From the NCBI GenBank assembly GCA_023920165.1, contig CP089277.1:3348001-3412000 (forward strand): a stretch of DNA of 64,000 bases, read 5' to 3'. The notes under the pieces were generated by a model. That model ran no database searches, was not told where the DNA came from, and saw only the letters and a list, made by a program, of their open reading frames with translations. The position numbers were made by a program, and so were the translations under genes. This DNA comes from Curvularia clavata (taxonomy: Eukaryota). Below are positions 11,413 to 24,500 of this stretch, piece after piece; the first letter of the stretch is position 1, and each line of letters starts with the position of its first letter.

Positions 11413-13524
11413 ATGCGCGGCCGTGTCGTCGTGCGTCTGATACCTGGCTGTTCGGACGGAGATCCCTTGCATGCCCCTCCGCCAGGCTACAGCCAAATCA
11501 CCCCACCGACGCTTTACCTTGAAAAGATTGCTCAACAATGGGTAACGCAGCGTGGAGAGGCACAACCAGGCGTGCAATACATCCTCGAAGCTCTGCCTGC
11601 AGGCTACACCATGTGGCATAGGCCACGGCCTTCTGACCCCAACTGCTTCGATAAGTATTTGTTTGGCCATCCCAGCCACAGGAAATTCGATTCCCCGAAT
11701 CGCTTCTTCCCTCATTTCCAATACTTGATGGATAATGGTGGCAACAGCCTAGGGTGTCCCTGTACTGTTTGTCAAGGCAGCTCAGGTTTACTTCCTCGCG
11801 CTGCACCTAACAGCTCTCGCGTTAGAAGCTCTAGTACAGCTTTATCAAGGCGCTCGTCAAACGCTTCTGCCCCAACGCCTCTCGCGAGCCGCCCTGACAG
11901 CGCCCATTGTGCTGCACAAGAAAGACCCAAGAAGCTGAGTCCAGGTCTGGATACTAGCAGTGTCGATCAAGACGGTACGCCTGACGTATATCGGAACTTG
12001 ATCGAGAAGCTCCGAAGCCACAAACATGTTGATGAAGACATTTGTGAACCTCTTAGCCCTGACTGGCGAGCTGAACAGAGTAAATTGTCTAAGCTGCTGC
12101 GCATTCTTAAGTCCCAAGAGCAGTGGATCCCGCGAAATGGAGACATAGTCCTATTTGTCCGCAATTTGTCCGATAGAATCACCATTGCCAGATATGACAC
12201 CACCGGCGAGCTCCGGTTGTATGATGAGCAGAGCGACGAGTTTCTTGACGTTCCACGTTGGGAGGCTGGCCTGGTGACCGAGGCGGCTCCGGGATCAAAC
12301 ACTGACGCTGATTTGTTGGAGTCAGACACAAATTCGAGTGCGGACGCATCATGCTCGGGCATACGAGTAGAACCTGTTCCTGATCCAAACAGCACTGATA
12401 AGTCCTTGTCGAAGCGATACAAGTACATCTCATTGCGACAAAGCCGCCCATTCTTCCTATGGAAAGAGATGCTACGCCAAGTAGACCAAGAACAGTGGCA
12501 TCCCAGCGTTAGGAATGCTTTGGCTTTGACGTCGACGGTTTCACTCATGGGAAAGTATCGTTTTCGCGGAACGTGGCCTGAGGCGACCATCTACTGTCAG
12601 GGAATCTTCGTCGGCCCAGAGATGCTGGTCGTTGGCGACACCATCCGTCTTCTTCCCAAGTCCGACCAGACTGTCTGCACTGACATCATGAGTATCAAGT
12701 CTATCCGACTGAAGTGGACCAACCTGGACAAGGCCTCGAATAACGATTATGATGAAGGACGTCCCTTTAATTCGACGATTTGGTTCTATGGTGCTGCGTA
12801 CACTAGCGATATTTCCCGATCGAACGAGCAATGGGTGTCAGACCAGACTGCTCAGCCTCGGGCAGCCAGCGATTATGGACACTTCTATCCTCTTCACCCA
12901 CCAGACAAGGAGTTTGCCATTCCCTTCGCTCGTACTGCAGGCCGCTTGTATGAGCGTAATGCCTTGGCCTACTTTCTCGGATTTGATGTGAATGACTCAA
13001 TAACTCTTGATCTTAGTAGACAAGCACTAACCAGCGCGCGTACCTTTTCCCAACTTAATGACGTACGCATTGCGGAAAGTCCCGATGCTACATGGTACTG
13101 GGGTGACGACCGAGCTGACGCGCTGAACCTTCACACACTCAACGGCCTGGACGTTTCTAGGTTCGATCCAGGACGTGATGCCAAGGCTCTTCGAAAGCAA
13201 TGCCGAATCATCGATACAGCAGATCAAAACAGAGATAATCGACGTGCAGAGAATCAGGATGTGAGACCCGCCCTTGACACGGCGCATATCGGGAGATTGA
13301 GCCGCTTCTTGGCCCCGAAACTCCCAGTTCAGCCACACAATGGAAAGAAACCAAGTGCCAATCAAGGTCGGGATAGCGCTCCAGCAATGGTGGGAAGAAG
13401 GCGAAGTCGCAGTATAAATATAGACAGCGACGAAAACGAAGATGAGATTCGACAGCATACTCGAATCATCGAAAATCATGGCCCTACCAGCAAGAAGCCA
13501 AAAGTAATGATTGTTGTCGACTGA
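11413..13524 (+). CDS. CLR2: Cryptic loci regulator 2 (Clr2, SHREC-type silencing protein)
   Basis: 703-aa ORF with SDGD, LPAGY..W.RPR, DKYLFGHPSHRKFDSPNRFFPHF...CPC..C (Clr2 N-terminal domain) and the C-terminal GIFVGPEMLVVGDTIRL. Confidence 0.88.
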   Translation: MRGRVVVRLIPGCSDGDPLHAPPPGYSQITPPTLYLEKIAQQWVTQRGEAQPGVQYILEALPAGYTMWHRPRPSDPNCFDKYLFGHPSHRKFDSPNRFFPHFQYLMDNGGNSLGCPCTVCQGSSGLLPRAAPNSSRVRSSSTALSRRSSNASAPTPLASRPDSAHCAAQERPKKLSPGLDTSSVDQDGTPDVYRNLIEKLRSHKHVDEDICEPLSPDWRAEQSKLSKLLRILKSQEQWIPRNGDIVLFVRNLSDRITIARYDTTGELRLYDEQSDEFLDVPRWEAGLVTEAAPGSNTDADLLESDTNSSADASCSGIRVEPVPDPNSTDKSLSKRYKYISLRQSRPFFLWKEMLRQVDQEQWHPSVRNALALTSTVSLMGKYRFRGTWPEATIYCQGIFVGPEMLVVGDTIRLLPKSDQTVCTDIMSIKSIRLKWTNLDKASNNDYDEGRPFNSTIWFYGAAYTSDISRSNEQWVSDQTAQPRAASDYGHFYPLHPPDKEFAIPFARTAGRLYERNALAYFLGFDVNDSITLDLSRQALTSARTFSQLNDVRIAESPDATWYWGDDRADALNLHTLNGLDVSRFDPGRDAKALRKQCRIIDTADQNRDNRRAENQDVRPALDTAHIGRLSRFLAPKLPVQPHNGKKPSANQGRDSAPAMVGRRRSRSINIDSDENEDEIRQHTRIIENHGPTSKKPKVMIVVD

Positions 13525-14413
13525 AGCTCAACACCTGAGATGGCAAAAAAGAAGCTACGGGTGCCGTGGCAGACGCAGAGATGGATAAGTCGCTGCTTGA
13601 CGTAGGTTGGTTTGTAATATTACCAAAAACATCTCGGATTCACCCAGGCGCATACACAAAGACACGAAGAACATGATGGAAGGAAAATCCGGAGTACAGG
13701 GGTATTCGATGAGATATGCACAGCACGCAGTGAGTGTTTACTGCGCTCTTACCAAAATACAGACTCAGAAATATGGGTAGCAACATGTACGAATAGTTGA
13801 TAGTAGTACATAATGATAATGCTATGATGCAAAAAGATGTCTCGCAAAGAATTCGTAAAAAGATTTCACCTTCTCGCTGCAATCACATTGAATCTTCTTC
13901 ATGTCAGATACATGCTTACGTCATGCCCAACTCCACTAGAATGTTGTTCTCCACATTCACTCATCAATACCCATGTCACAAGAAGCTGGGAAGCAAACGT
14001 TCAATTCACCATGTCATCCATGGTATATCTCATCAATTCCATTGTGATTGTATGGGTATCAATTTCTCTGCTTCTTCTCTCTGTGTCGTTTCCATAAAAT
14101 CTCGTCATCAAGCCATACCCCATTCATTGCCATTCAACATCTGCCCAAGCCCAACATGCCCAAGAGGACGAGAGCGAGCGGGAGTGCGTGTGTCTGTATA
14201 TTCGACAACACGTCGAGAAAACCCAAAAGAAAAAGAAAAAAGAAAACGCCGGTGATGATGCAGTCTATCGCGATGTGTTGTGATGTGATGTGTGTATGCG
14301 CAAGCAAAATAAAAGAGAAACGAGATGAGACGTGGCTAAAGATGAAGAATAAGATGCGTCATATCGTGACGTCGCTGAATGAATGAACAATCAAAAAAAG
14401 AGGAATAGGCAGA

Positions 14414-16776
14414 TCATTTCTCAGTCTCAGCGAGAGCCTCACCAAGCGCTTCCGCGTCGTAGTCTTGCACCACTACCTTTGCAGGTGCGTCAGGCACATT
14501 GTCAAAGACGCCCCAGATGGGCCCGTCCTGGTTGACACCACTGGCTCTCGGCTTGGCCTTTTCTTTGCCCTTCTTCGAGCCCTCTGCGCTTTCCTTGGAG
14601 CATGCAGTCTCTGCGCTTGACTGAGTTTGCTGGCTCTGGACCGATGGGGGTCGTGTCGCAGTCTCCGAGGGAGGAGCTGGGGTAGCGCCCCACTTTCCAA
14701 AGACCCAGCCGCCCACTTTCTTCGTAAGACCAGGGCTGCTGGAGGGTTGGTGGCCATCGCTCTTGCGAGGGCCCCGCTTCTGGTTCGCGATGCTAGAGTA
14801 GAGCATGGATCGACTCAGCATGCTGCTCTCAGACACTTGGTTCGATAGTGTGCCATACGCAGTGGCGTTCCATGTGACTTCTGGTCCGACGGAGCCAGCA
14901 AGACCAACATCAGCTAAGCGTGGGGACGAGTAGAGGAGTTGCGAGGGCCGTGATTGTAGCGTGTGGATATCCATGCCAGATATGGAGATGAGAGAGTCAT
15001 GAGAGGCGTGGCGTCGCAGTGAGGGGCGTATGGCGGTTATGGGTGAAACGAGTTCATCAGGTCCATACTCTGCAGAGTTGGCGATAGATGGCTCGGCCGT
15101 GGAAAGAGAACCATCTTCACACTCCTCGGGTATCGCAGCCTGAGGCTCCGCCTGCAGAGCAGGCGAGAGCGTGAAACTATCGTTTGAGAAAGAGTTGGCA
15201 GGGCTGACGGCTGAGATAATGGCGCTGGCGGGACTGCTCTTGGTAGTAAAAGCAATCGGCGTGCTGGAACTGCGCATGTTGGAAAGGGTGGGAGGCATAA
15301 GACCACGGGTCTTACGACGCGGGTGTCTCACACCAATCTTGCTTGCATCGAGCGTCTCCGAGCGTCTCCGCACAATAGAAGGCGTGGCATCGTGGTCTGA
15401 GCTGTAACCCTGTGATTGGGTGGAACCCAGCATGGGAGAGTGGAAATCAATGGAATCTGGAGGACTTGTTGGGCGTGAGGAGTCATAAGCCTCACTGAAG
15501 ACGCGATCATAGACGGATCCACGGTGTGAATCAGATACCGGCGAGCCTGCAAATGAGCCTGGACCCAGGGTCGAGGCCTGGGACCATCGATGCGAGTTGG
15601 GAACCGTGACAGCAGTCTGATTCAGGATGGCAGCTGTGGAAGAGCGCTCGAGCGTCGGGGGCGGATCGAAGTGAGTTGGGGTAAGAGTGAATCGCTTCTT
15701 CTTGGACCGGCCTCGAGCAGGTCCCTTTGACAAATTCCTGGGAGTTTTGGGGGCGTGGAAATGGTGGTGGATGTGAAGCTCTTGACTCAGTGATTCATGT
15801 TCCATTTCCAGTTCCTTTTGTAGCGATGGACTTGTGACATCTCCGGATTGCGAGGGTGATACTGGCCGATGGTCCCTGAGCTGGTCCCGGAGACGCTCCA
15901 CCTCTTCATTCGAGTTGCCGAGCATTTCCCGTAGTTCCATTATACCGTGTTGTAAGTTTGCGTTGTCGAGTAGAATGTCCTTTACAAAGTGAGATACAAC
16001 CGTAGTGCCGCCCTTGTCGTGCCCTGCCTTGGCCTTGAGCCTGCTTGCAGCAGCATTGAGTTCGGTTTCGACAGCCATTCTGCGTTCCATACGGGCGACA
16101 ACCTCATGGTGTCGCTGGCGTTCGGCTCGCGATTCGTTCTCGATACGGTCAATCTGGTCCTGGAGGTCTCCTATGGTGCGCTCTGCAGCCTTCCATCGCT
16201 GAACGGCCGTTCGCTCGTCGACGACTTTAGCGTCGAGGCTGCGTTGGAGGTTGGATTGTTCCCTCTCGAGGTCGATCAGCTGCTTTTCGAGTAACTGGGT
16301 TCGTGCTGCCAGGCTACCCAGGCGGCCAATTTCGTCTTCGGTTGATCGCAGTGTATCCTCTAGGGCCTGGATGTGGGCATCTGAATCGGCGACAGTGGTG
16401 TTCAATTGCTCCAGCTGGTCCAAGAGATCGCGGTTGGTCTTGATGGACTGAGCATTCTGGATCTCAAGTTGGCGCTTGTCTCGCTCGAGATTTTCAATGG
16501 TGGCGATCATTTCTTTTCGTTCGCGCTCCGAGTCCGCGACATAGGCTTCGTGACGAACGAGGAGAGCCTGCAGGGGACTTGTTAGCGGCAGGCGCAAACC
16601 TCGGTCAGCGACTTGATGTGGGGACGTACTTGGCCGAGTTGTGCTGCCTTGGAAACATCTCTCTCTAGACCTTCGAGGAGACGGCCATTGTGGGCCAAGA
16701 AAGCGCAATCATGGTTTCCACAGCAGCACCGAGGCGGGCCTGATATACCACTCAGGCCAAGGCCAATAGCGTCCAT
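14414..16776 (-). CDS. Conserved fungal coiled-coil protein of unknown function (intron 16629-16568)
   Basis: Exon 1 (MDAIG...RCCCGNHDCAFLAHN...DVSKAAQLGQ) splices in frame to ALLVRHEAY..., followed by a long heptad region and an S/P-rich tail. Confidence 0.82.
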
Positions 16777-17507
16777 GTGAACGACCCCTCCTCTTATCGC
16801 GTAAACAAGCAAGGCGTGGACGATCCAAATACCGGCGGGTTAATAATAGCGGAGCCGGGGCAATAGGAGTTGGCAGCGCCACTGGCACGCCGAGATTATA
16901 TGGGCGGCAGGGACAGTGGAGAGCGACAAAGGGGGAGCAAAAACAAAGGATATGGATAGGGAATGGAGGGACTGGCGGCACGGCGCGTGGTATTATTGTG
17001 TTCCTGACTATCGGCGACGGTCCCACTAGTCCAGGTGTCCCTGCCAGCAAAGCATTCCCCGCCCAAGGCCAGCCACCGCCTTTTGCCTCGCATGCTTTCC
17101 GCCTCACCGTCTCGGCTTCTTGTGCACGCAGCATCAAGAGTTCGCGCCCGTGGCGATCCGCCGTCGCAGCAAGACCGTCATCGTCGTCATCGTCGCAGAG
17201 TGGGCAGCACGGCACCGCCAATGACGCTAGAGCACGCCAATGCTTACCCTTGCGCAAACTCTGAGATTACCTCCGCCAATGCCAGTCCAATAGTCTATTC
17301 ATGCTCGCAAAATTAAGCCCAAAACAAACATTCTGAGTCTTGGCGGCTGCCTCCCCAGAACATGGACAGAAACAGTCGTTAACGGGCGAAGAAGCTGAAT
17401 ATCTGAGGCAGAAGGGCAGGATAAAAGCAGGCCATGGAAGTGAAGGGTTACAAAAACATGTAGTTTATCTTGGTTGTCGAGTTATTACTCTGCTTCAACA
17501 CCACCCG

Positions 17508-18041
17508 ATGAATATGGCGCCTCTGCGACTCGCCCACCAACTTGCCACAGGCAAACTGCCCACCACTTCAGCATTCAAAGCGTTTCAGCATTCGCTAGAA
17601 AGAGCAGGGGCCTGGCTCATCAAGGCGCGGCCCCTTCAACATTCAGCCACTCCAGTGAGGAACGCACATACAAAGCCCACACCGCCGTTCCCCACGCCAG
17701 GCCAACAATCCGGGAACCCTTCTCTCCCGTCGTTCAACCTGTTCCATCATCTTCAAGAGGCCCACCCTGGAATACGCTACACCGTGTATGCTGGCCTCGG
17801 GCTGATGGTAACTGTCGAGTCCACTTTTTGGTTTCACGTTCTGCGAGCCAAGTTCTTCCCACGAGCACTCGAGGCAGACCGACAGCAGGATGATGAACTA
17901 CTGAATCGGTTGAAAAGTGCCGTAGCAGGCTATAGAGTGGTGTGGATGAAGAACTATCAACGTTATTACGGAGCGCATATGTGGGGGCTTGACTACGGAG
18001 GACTCGACGGCCTGGAAGATGTTAACAGTTCCTTACTCTGA
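17508..18041 (+). CDS. Small membrane protein, possibly mitochondrial
   Basis: First ATGs at 17508/17514. Basic presequence-like N-terminus and one hydrophobic segment (TVYAGLGLMVTVESTFWF). Confidence 0.65.
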   Translation: MNMAPLRLAHQLATGKLPTTSAFKAFQHSLERAGAWLIKARPLQHSATPVRNAHTKPTPPFPTPGQQSGNPSLPSFNLFHHLQEAHPGIRYTVYAGLGLMVTVESTFWFHVLRAKFFPRALEADRQQDDELLNRLKSAVAGYRVVWMKNYQRYYGAHMWGLDYGGLDGLEDVNSSLL

Positions 18042-18932
18042 CGTCCGCTATCTCACAAATAGGATGGAATGTTTAAGTTATCCATCCCATGTGTATATCG
18101 ATAGGCAGGTATCTGACTGCACGCGAAACGCTAGAATTTCCTGTGTACTTTTTTTTCTTCTTAAGTCAGCTTGTTGGAGTTCATCGCTAGGAAGTCCTTC
18201 AGAATATCCCAACTCCGTCATTTCTAAATTGCACAAACATATGTCTATCAGTTTCTGACACACATCACCCGCTGTCAAATCTTTATGCCAGATTTTTCCC
18301 AATCTGTGCGTCATTCAATACCCACCCACTATCTTCCACGCCAACCGCCCTCCCGCTTCCCCTCCACAGCACTCACTCACCCCACTCTACCCAAAGCACC
18401 ACCTAGTCCGTCCCTCTATTCCAGCATAACACCTTCCGTCCTTTCACCGCATCCCCAAAAGGCATAGCCTGCCGGCAGAACCCTCGCCTCGCTGTACCAT
18501 GTCTCCTCCAGCTCAAGCCTGACGTGTATCCAACGCTAGCACGTAAAAAGAGACCGAGGCGCTTGATGCCGACGCAGCCGACGGAGTCTAGACAGCGTGG
18601 AGCTGCCACCACCTATACTTGTGTTTCAGAACAGCATTGCAATGTGCTCCACTGTGACGACGATGATGGACGTGTTTTGGGCACGCGACAATGTAGCCTG
18701 CGTATATGCGCATGTGTGGCCTTATGGTGGTGTTTTCTGAAACGTCAGTCTACGTGTTTCAATGTCTGTGACTGAGCAAAAATGGTGGAGAACAAGAGAG
18801 TCTTAGATTGCATTTCCTTCGCAAGGTGTTGTTGACCTGCGTTACGTACGGTGGTACGATGTTGAATCTTCTTATTTGTATTTTTTTGCTATTCATTTTG
18901 GTGTAGAATAGGCTTCACACCTTTGTGAACAT

Positions 18933-20722
18933 TTATTCCTCTGGCTCAAGATTAACGTCTGTGCCGTACTCGTCCACCACCCAAGCGCAAAACTTCTCCC
19001 ACTTACTAACCCACTCTTTCAAGCGCTGTGCGCGAATACCCTTGCCGAACATACCGTCCTTGATATCCTGCGTCCAGTCTTTTGCACTGTAGTCATCGAG
19101 ACTGGCCCAGCGTACACTATTCTCCGCTAGAGAGCCCAATCCTTCCAGCCCGAGATTCTCCCAGCCCTGAAGTGCCTGCCAAAAGTCATGCGACATGCCG
19201 GACACGCCCTGACCCAAGATGGTTGGGTCGTCGTTGCACAGCGAACATGGGACGCCGCGGGCAAGAAGCGCCGGTAATGGATGTGACATGATGCTCCCAC
19301 AGAGTCTCAACACTTCATTGGAGACCGGGCAGCTTTCCACCAGAATTCGCTTCTCTTTAACCATGTCGATTAGCAGCGGGTGCTTGTACAGACTGAAGCC
19401 GTGGCCGATGCGCCGGGTACCGAGGATGATAGCGTCGAAGAGGTTCTCGTCTACCGAGTCGCCGTCGCCAAGCGTCTCGCCCGCATGGAAGAAGAAAGGA
19501 ATGTCGACACCTTCCTGTGCGCATGCTTTGCGGAACCAGAAGAGCTCAGGTGCCATGTCCGAGAGAGAACGGCCGAGATCTTCTTGGCCGACAAGGTCGT
19601 AACCCGCGATGATTTCGGGGAATTCAATCTTCATTTCTATGCATTGCTTCATGCTCTCAATGACTTGCTTCGTGCCAAACTGCCGGATCGTAGTCCAGAT
19701 CATTCTTGCACCCCAAAACTCTTTACCTTCTTCGCTTGCTTTGAATTTTTCAATCTCATCAGCCAAGTGCTCGAGCATGTGGAACCAATCCTTGTCCCAA
19801 TCTTCCTTCCCTGCACTGCGATAAGGCGTGTAGAAAGCAGACCGCATGTCTACATAGTAGACTCCATCATCTAACAATTGCTGACACATTTTACGGATGA
19901 ACTTGCGGAAAATGGGCTCGTAGTAGATAAGTGAGCCAAGGATAGGGAAACAGGACATGAATTTTCGCCACACTTCGTTGGGGCCTTCGTGATGGGATAG
20001 GTGCTCAGAAGGAGTGATTGTGACGCGGGAACGAATCCATTCTATGAAAGCCTTCTTGCCTCCATCTGGGAAGCTGTCGGCAGCTTGGTTGACAGGTACG
20101 GGGGTGTCAGCAGTGTACTCCTTGTTCCAGATCGAGCTGTCAGTCTTGACATCCTTTGCATATGTGAATGAAAACCCAGTCTTTCGCCGTGTCTGATCGT
20201 CCACAATGGGACCCTGAGCTACTACACACACTCCTTCGGTGATGAAGGCTTCTTCAAGCGCCCAATCAAGATCAACCATGGCTTCAAGGTGACAGTGCAA
20301 CAGCGTGCCTTTGGGCATCTTTTTTACAATCTGCCATAATTTGCTCTTCTCCATGCGCTCCTTGGCAAGCGAGAACATCATACCAGGGAATACGTCGACG
20401 TGTTCGGTCAACAAACTGTCTTCATATTCCTTGGTCCACAGGGTTTGCTGCTCCTCGAATCGGATCTGGGAGACAATAGCACATGCCTCCTGTGCCATAG
20501 GCGAGAGATTCTGGCGAAACAGATAGTCTGAGAGTTGTCAGACCCAAGGGATCAGAGCGTGGGAATATCGGTATTGGTCCACAAACCGCTTCGCTGTCTC
20601 TTCTCCTGCTGCACGAGCGCATCCCTCCCCTGCAGATACTGCTGGATGAATGGATCGCTTAGGCTCGGAACACCTTCCGCCTGCGCCCACTCCTCGTCGT
20701 TTACAGGCTCTTTGGTCGCCAT
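18933..20722 (-). CDS. Adenosine deaminase, ADGF/CECR1 (ADA2) type (intron 20586-20528)
   Basis: MPKGTLLHCH, GYDLVGQED, FFFHAGET, RRIGHG, ESCPVSNE and NDDP catalytic/metal motifs. No signal peptide visible. Confidence 0.93.
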
Positions 20723-21529
20723 GGCGGTGTTTGTCCAAGTAGGGAGGGGTCAAGTAGAAGTCGAGGCCGAAAAGCACCCGATGAGAAAAACAACGAGCGA
20801 GACGGCTGCCTTGGTGTTTTCCGCTACTTCCTTCCCAAATTGCGCTAGCGTGTGCTGACGTAATATCCCCCGGCTTTACCCCAAAGGGCACACCCCAACC
20901 GGACGCATGCTGCGATGGCTGTTACAGCGAACATGCAGGGCAAGTTAGAGCGGCAAAGACGATGCTGCTTAGCTCCACAAAGCTTTTGAAGACGCTTGTG
21001 TGCTCGTCATCCCGCGGCGTTGTCAATCCTACGCGTTATCACGCGCCTGGGGCTTATCGATTGCCTAGTGCGGCGCCGACGCACGCGCGGGGCGCCGCAG
21101 CGGTGCGAGTGATGCTGTGCACGGCCGCCTGCGACCTCATAGCGCATCATCTGCATCCATATGCACCTGAACCTGAACCCTAAACCCCCAGCCTCTGTCT
21201 TGTGACTCGCCGACACGCACTAACAACTTCTGCTCGCCATACAAGCACACAGCCTTGCAAATCCTGCTCTGTGTGCCCGTACTATCCCACTACAACTCCC
21301 TACAGTCAAGCAGCCGCCGCCTCCAAACCACCGGGACTTGGCAGGCACAACTCTGCACAACCTCACTCATAGACGTGTAAAAGCGCCTGACGCTCTACGT
21401 TTCCTGCTAGGGCTACCCAGTACCGCCGTCTACCACTTATGGAGCTCTTTCGCTCCCAGCGATAGGCGCTTGAGTTGCCTACAGTGAACGGGTCCGGCAG
21501 CCAGGTCCACCGCCAGCCTCTCAACTATT

Positions 21530-24500
21530 ATGGCTTTCTTCTCTGGACTCTCGAGCTCCATCGGCAGGAAGCTTCTGCTCTACGGGCTGCGCCAAATCGA
21601 CATCCTCGACAAGGATCCTGCCGATTTTGTTAGCGTTGATGTAGGAAAGCGGACGACACTCGAGGTCCGCGATGTCGGACTACATGTCAAGGTAGGTTGT
21701 GCAGAGGCAAGGCTTCCTCTATTTCTATGCTAAAGTATTTGAAGAAACTCGTCGCACTTTTGCACATCAAGTTGCCCCATGAGATCCACCTGTCGAAAGC
21801 CCAAGCCTCGCTCCTCCGAGTTACCTTCGTCCTCGACTTCGGCGTACCCCAAATATCCATAGAGGTGGATGGCATACAAATACAGGCTAAGCTTTTGGAG
21901 GATGCTGGCGAGGACGTCCCGTCTCGTCTCGCTGAAGAGCCGGTTTCATCACAATCCTCGCCACCTCGGCGGCGGGCCTCACCCCCGCCCACCCGAGATG
22001 ATTCGAGCGATCCTGGTTCGGACGACGACGAGTATGTGCCAACTGTGGACGAGCTAGCCAATTCTTTCATACGGGCGGAACCTGCGGAGGAGATACGCGA
22101 GCTCCAAGAAGAGTTGGCATCTCAGGCATCATACATGCAAGATTCAATCGCATCAAGCGACGATGGTGACGATGGCTCTGCAGGCATGGGAGCACCACTG
22201 GCACTTCCGGCGTACTTCCGAAACATCTTAAACACCGCGTTGGACCGCCTTAGCATCACGGTTAACGATGTCAAAATCGAGCTGGAGGATCAATCTTCAA
22301 AGGACGCTACGGACTCTCTGAGATCGAACCAAAGCTCGCCTGCTACCCTTAGCTTCCATGTAGAACGCGTTACCATAGATTCGATAACCTCCAAGGATCT
22401 GCGTGTAAATGTGGGCTCGGCAACTGCACTCGACACTACTAAGTTAGGTAAACGGAGAATGCGTGTCGAAAACATCTGCGCACGTCTTGTGTCTGATGTG
22501 GAGAATTTCGTTTCTCTATCGAGGTTTTCGCAACCGCCTTCGCCACTCATGACACGATCAGAGGTCTCGACTAGCCAAAGGGCCGCTAGCGAACTGTCAG
22601 CAAGCCACATGTCCAGTTACTCTGTACGTGAAGGACCTAGTCACTCTGTACATGAAGAAGAGGTAAAATCACCAGAATCACCACCATCACCAGAGCCAAC
22701 AGAGTTGCCTGAGCTATCAGAACCAACAGAACCATTGGCAGATGAGATTGAAACTAATCCGGTTTCTTCGCCTATGCAAGCGCCCGTGAGCCCGCGGCAA
22801 GAATCGATTTCGCCGCTCCCTCCCCCATCACCTGAGCCACTCCAACTAGACCTGTCCGTACACACTGTAGACGATGATCGTTTTGCAGATGCAAGCTCTG
22901 ATGATGGGCCAGATGGCCGTTCGGTAGATGGCTCACCTAGCCGATCTCGCCACTCTTTAGCTGCTCGTGATCTTAGTGAGAGCAACCTGCTTTACGATGA
23001 CGAAGGTTTGCTTGATTATGCAGTGCAGAACGGTATGCTCAACTTCCAGCTCGAGGACGAGCCGATCATTCACACACCCGCCGAGGTCCCGGATACTTGG
23101 GGACCGAATGACGCAACTTCAAGCCAACACACTCGAATATCCGAACCTGCCAGTGACGCCTCGACATCCGATCTTCCGACTGTATCTGCCTTGGGACGCT
23201 CGTTCCAGCCTCCAATTACCACCGATTCGCCCTCGCAGTCGAGATATTCAGAGACAGTACGGCGATCTACGGACAACCTAGTTGCAACACACCAGCAACC
23301 AGCGGAACATGCACCCAGTCCCGCCAGTAGCACACATTCAATTCCACAGTCGCCACCTCCAGGGGAGGACCTATCCGAATCAAAGTTTTTCACTCATGAT
23401 GAGGCTGAGAGCATGTACATGAGCGCGGTGAGTGCAGCTCAAGCGAGCTCAGTACAGGAAGGGCATGTTCCCGGGGGTTGGGAATCTTCCTCGGCCTCAA
23501 GCAAAGACTCTACTTCGGACCAATCTGGATCGATACCCGAGGAAATGGTCTCTGCTAGCATATTAGCACCAGCTATAGAGGTTGAAGATGGTTGCGAAAC
23601 ACCACGCCCACAAAGTCGCCAGAGCTCGCCATCTGCTTCACATGCTGGGCGCGTACAGACCCCCACTCCAACTACCCCAGGCGCCCAAAAGCAGGCAAAG
23701 AGACTCTTGACAATCGACGAAATCACAGTCTGGTTTCCGATGGGTCTTGATGACGGGCAAGGTGAAAACGAGAAGGAGGAAGATGCCAGCGATGCGGTAG
23801 CCTTTGAGTTCAAGCCATCCAACCTGGGAGAAGACTCGATATTCGCCGATATGCCTGGGTCATTCTCCAATTACGCCTACTCTTCATATCACCGAAACAA
23901 GCCATCGTTGGACGCTTCTAGTCGGATGCGGACCACATCGAAGCCAGCCCAACCATCCAACCCGCCAAAGCAGCCTAAGAAATCACCTCCACCATCTATC
24001 AGCGTTGAAGTGGGATCTGTGACAGGGCATATGGACTTATCCACCGGTCGCATTATGTTTGGAATGTTTAATCGGATGATGCAAGCCCTCGGCAGTGATT
24101 CGCATCAGCAAGAAAACAACCCTTCGGTATCAGAAGAATCTACTGCAAGCTCGAAGGAGAGTCCCGTCGATCTGGATTTGTCAGTCAAGCAAATAGCCTT
24201 CGCATGGCTTGAAGCTGTTGTTACAGAACCTGTTCAAGAAGCATATATCCCGAGCTGGCAACTTGACTCTAAGCCGATGGAAGCTATCTTGAGAGTCAAT
24301 TTGTCGAAGATCGTCATCAATCAGCGCAATGTCGCAAAAGAGTTGCGATCTCAGATACATGTCGGAAAATTTGTTGTTGCATCCTTGGATCAAGACATCA
24401 TTTCCTTCCAAAGCTCGCGGCCGAAATCCAAGCGATTGAGTAGTACTATGGCCGAGCAACTAAGTAACGACGTGGAAGTTGACTTTTCGAGAGGGAAAGA

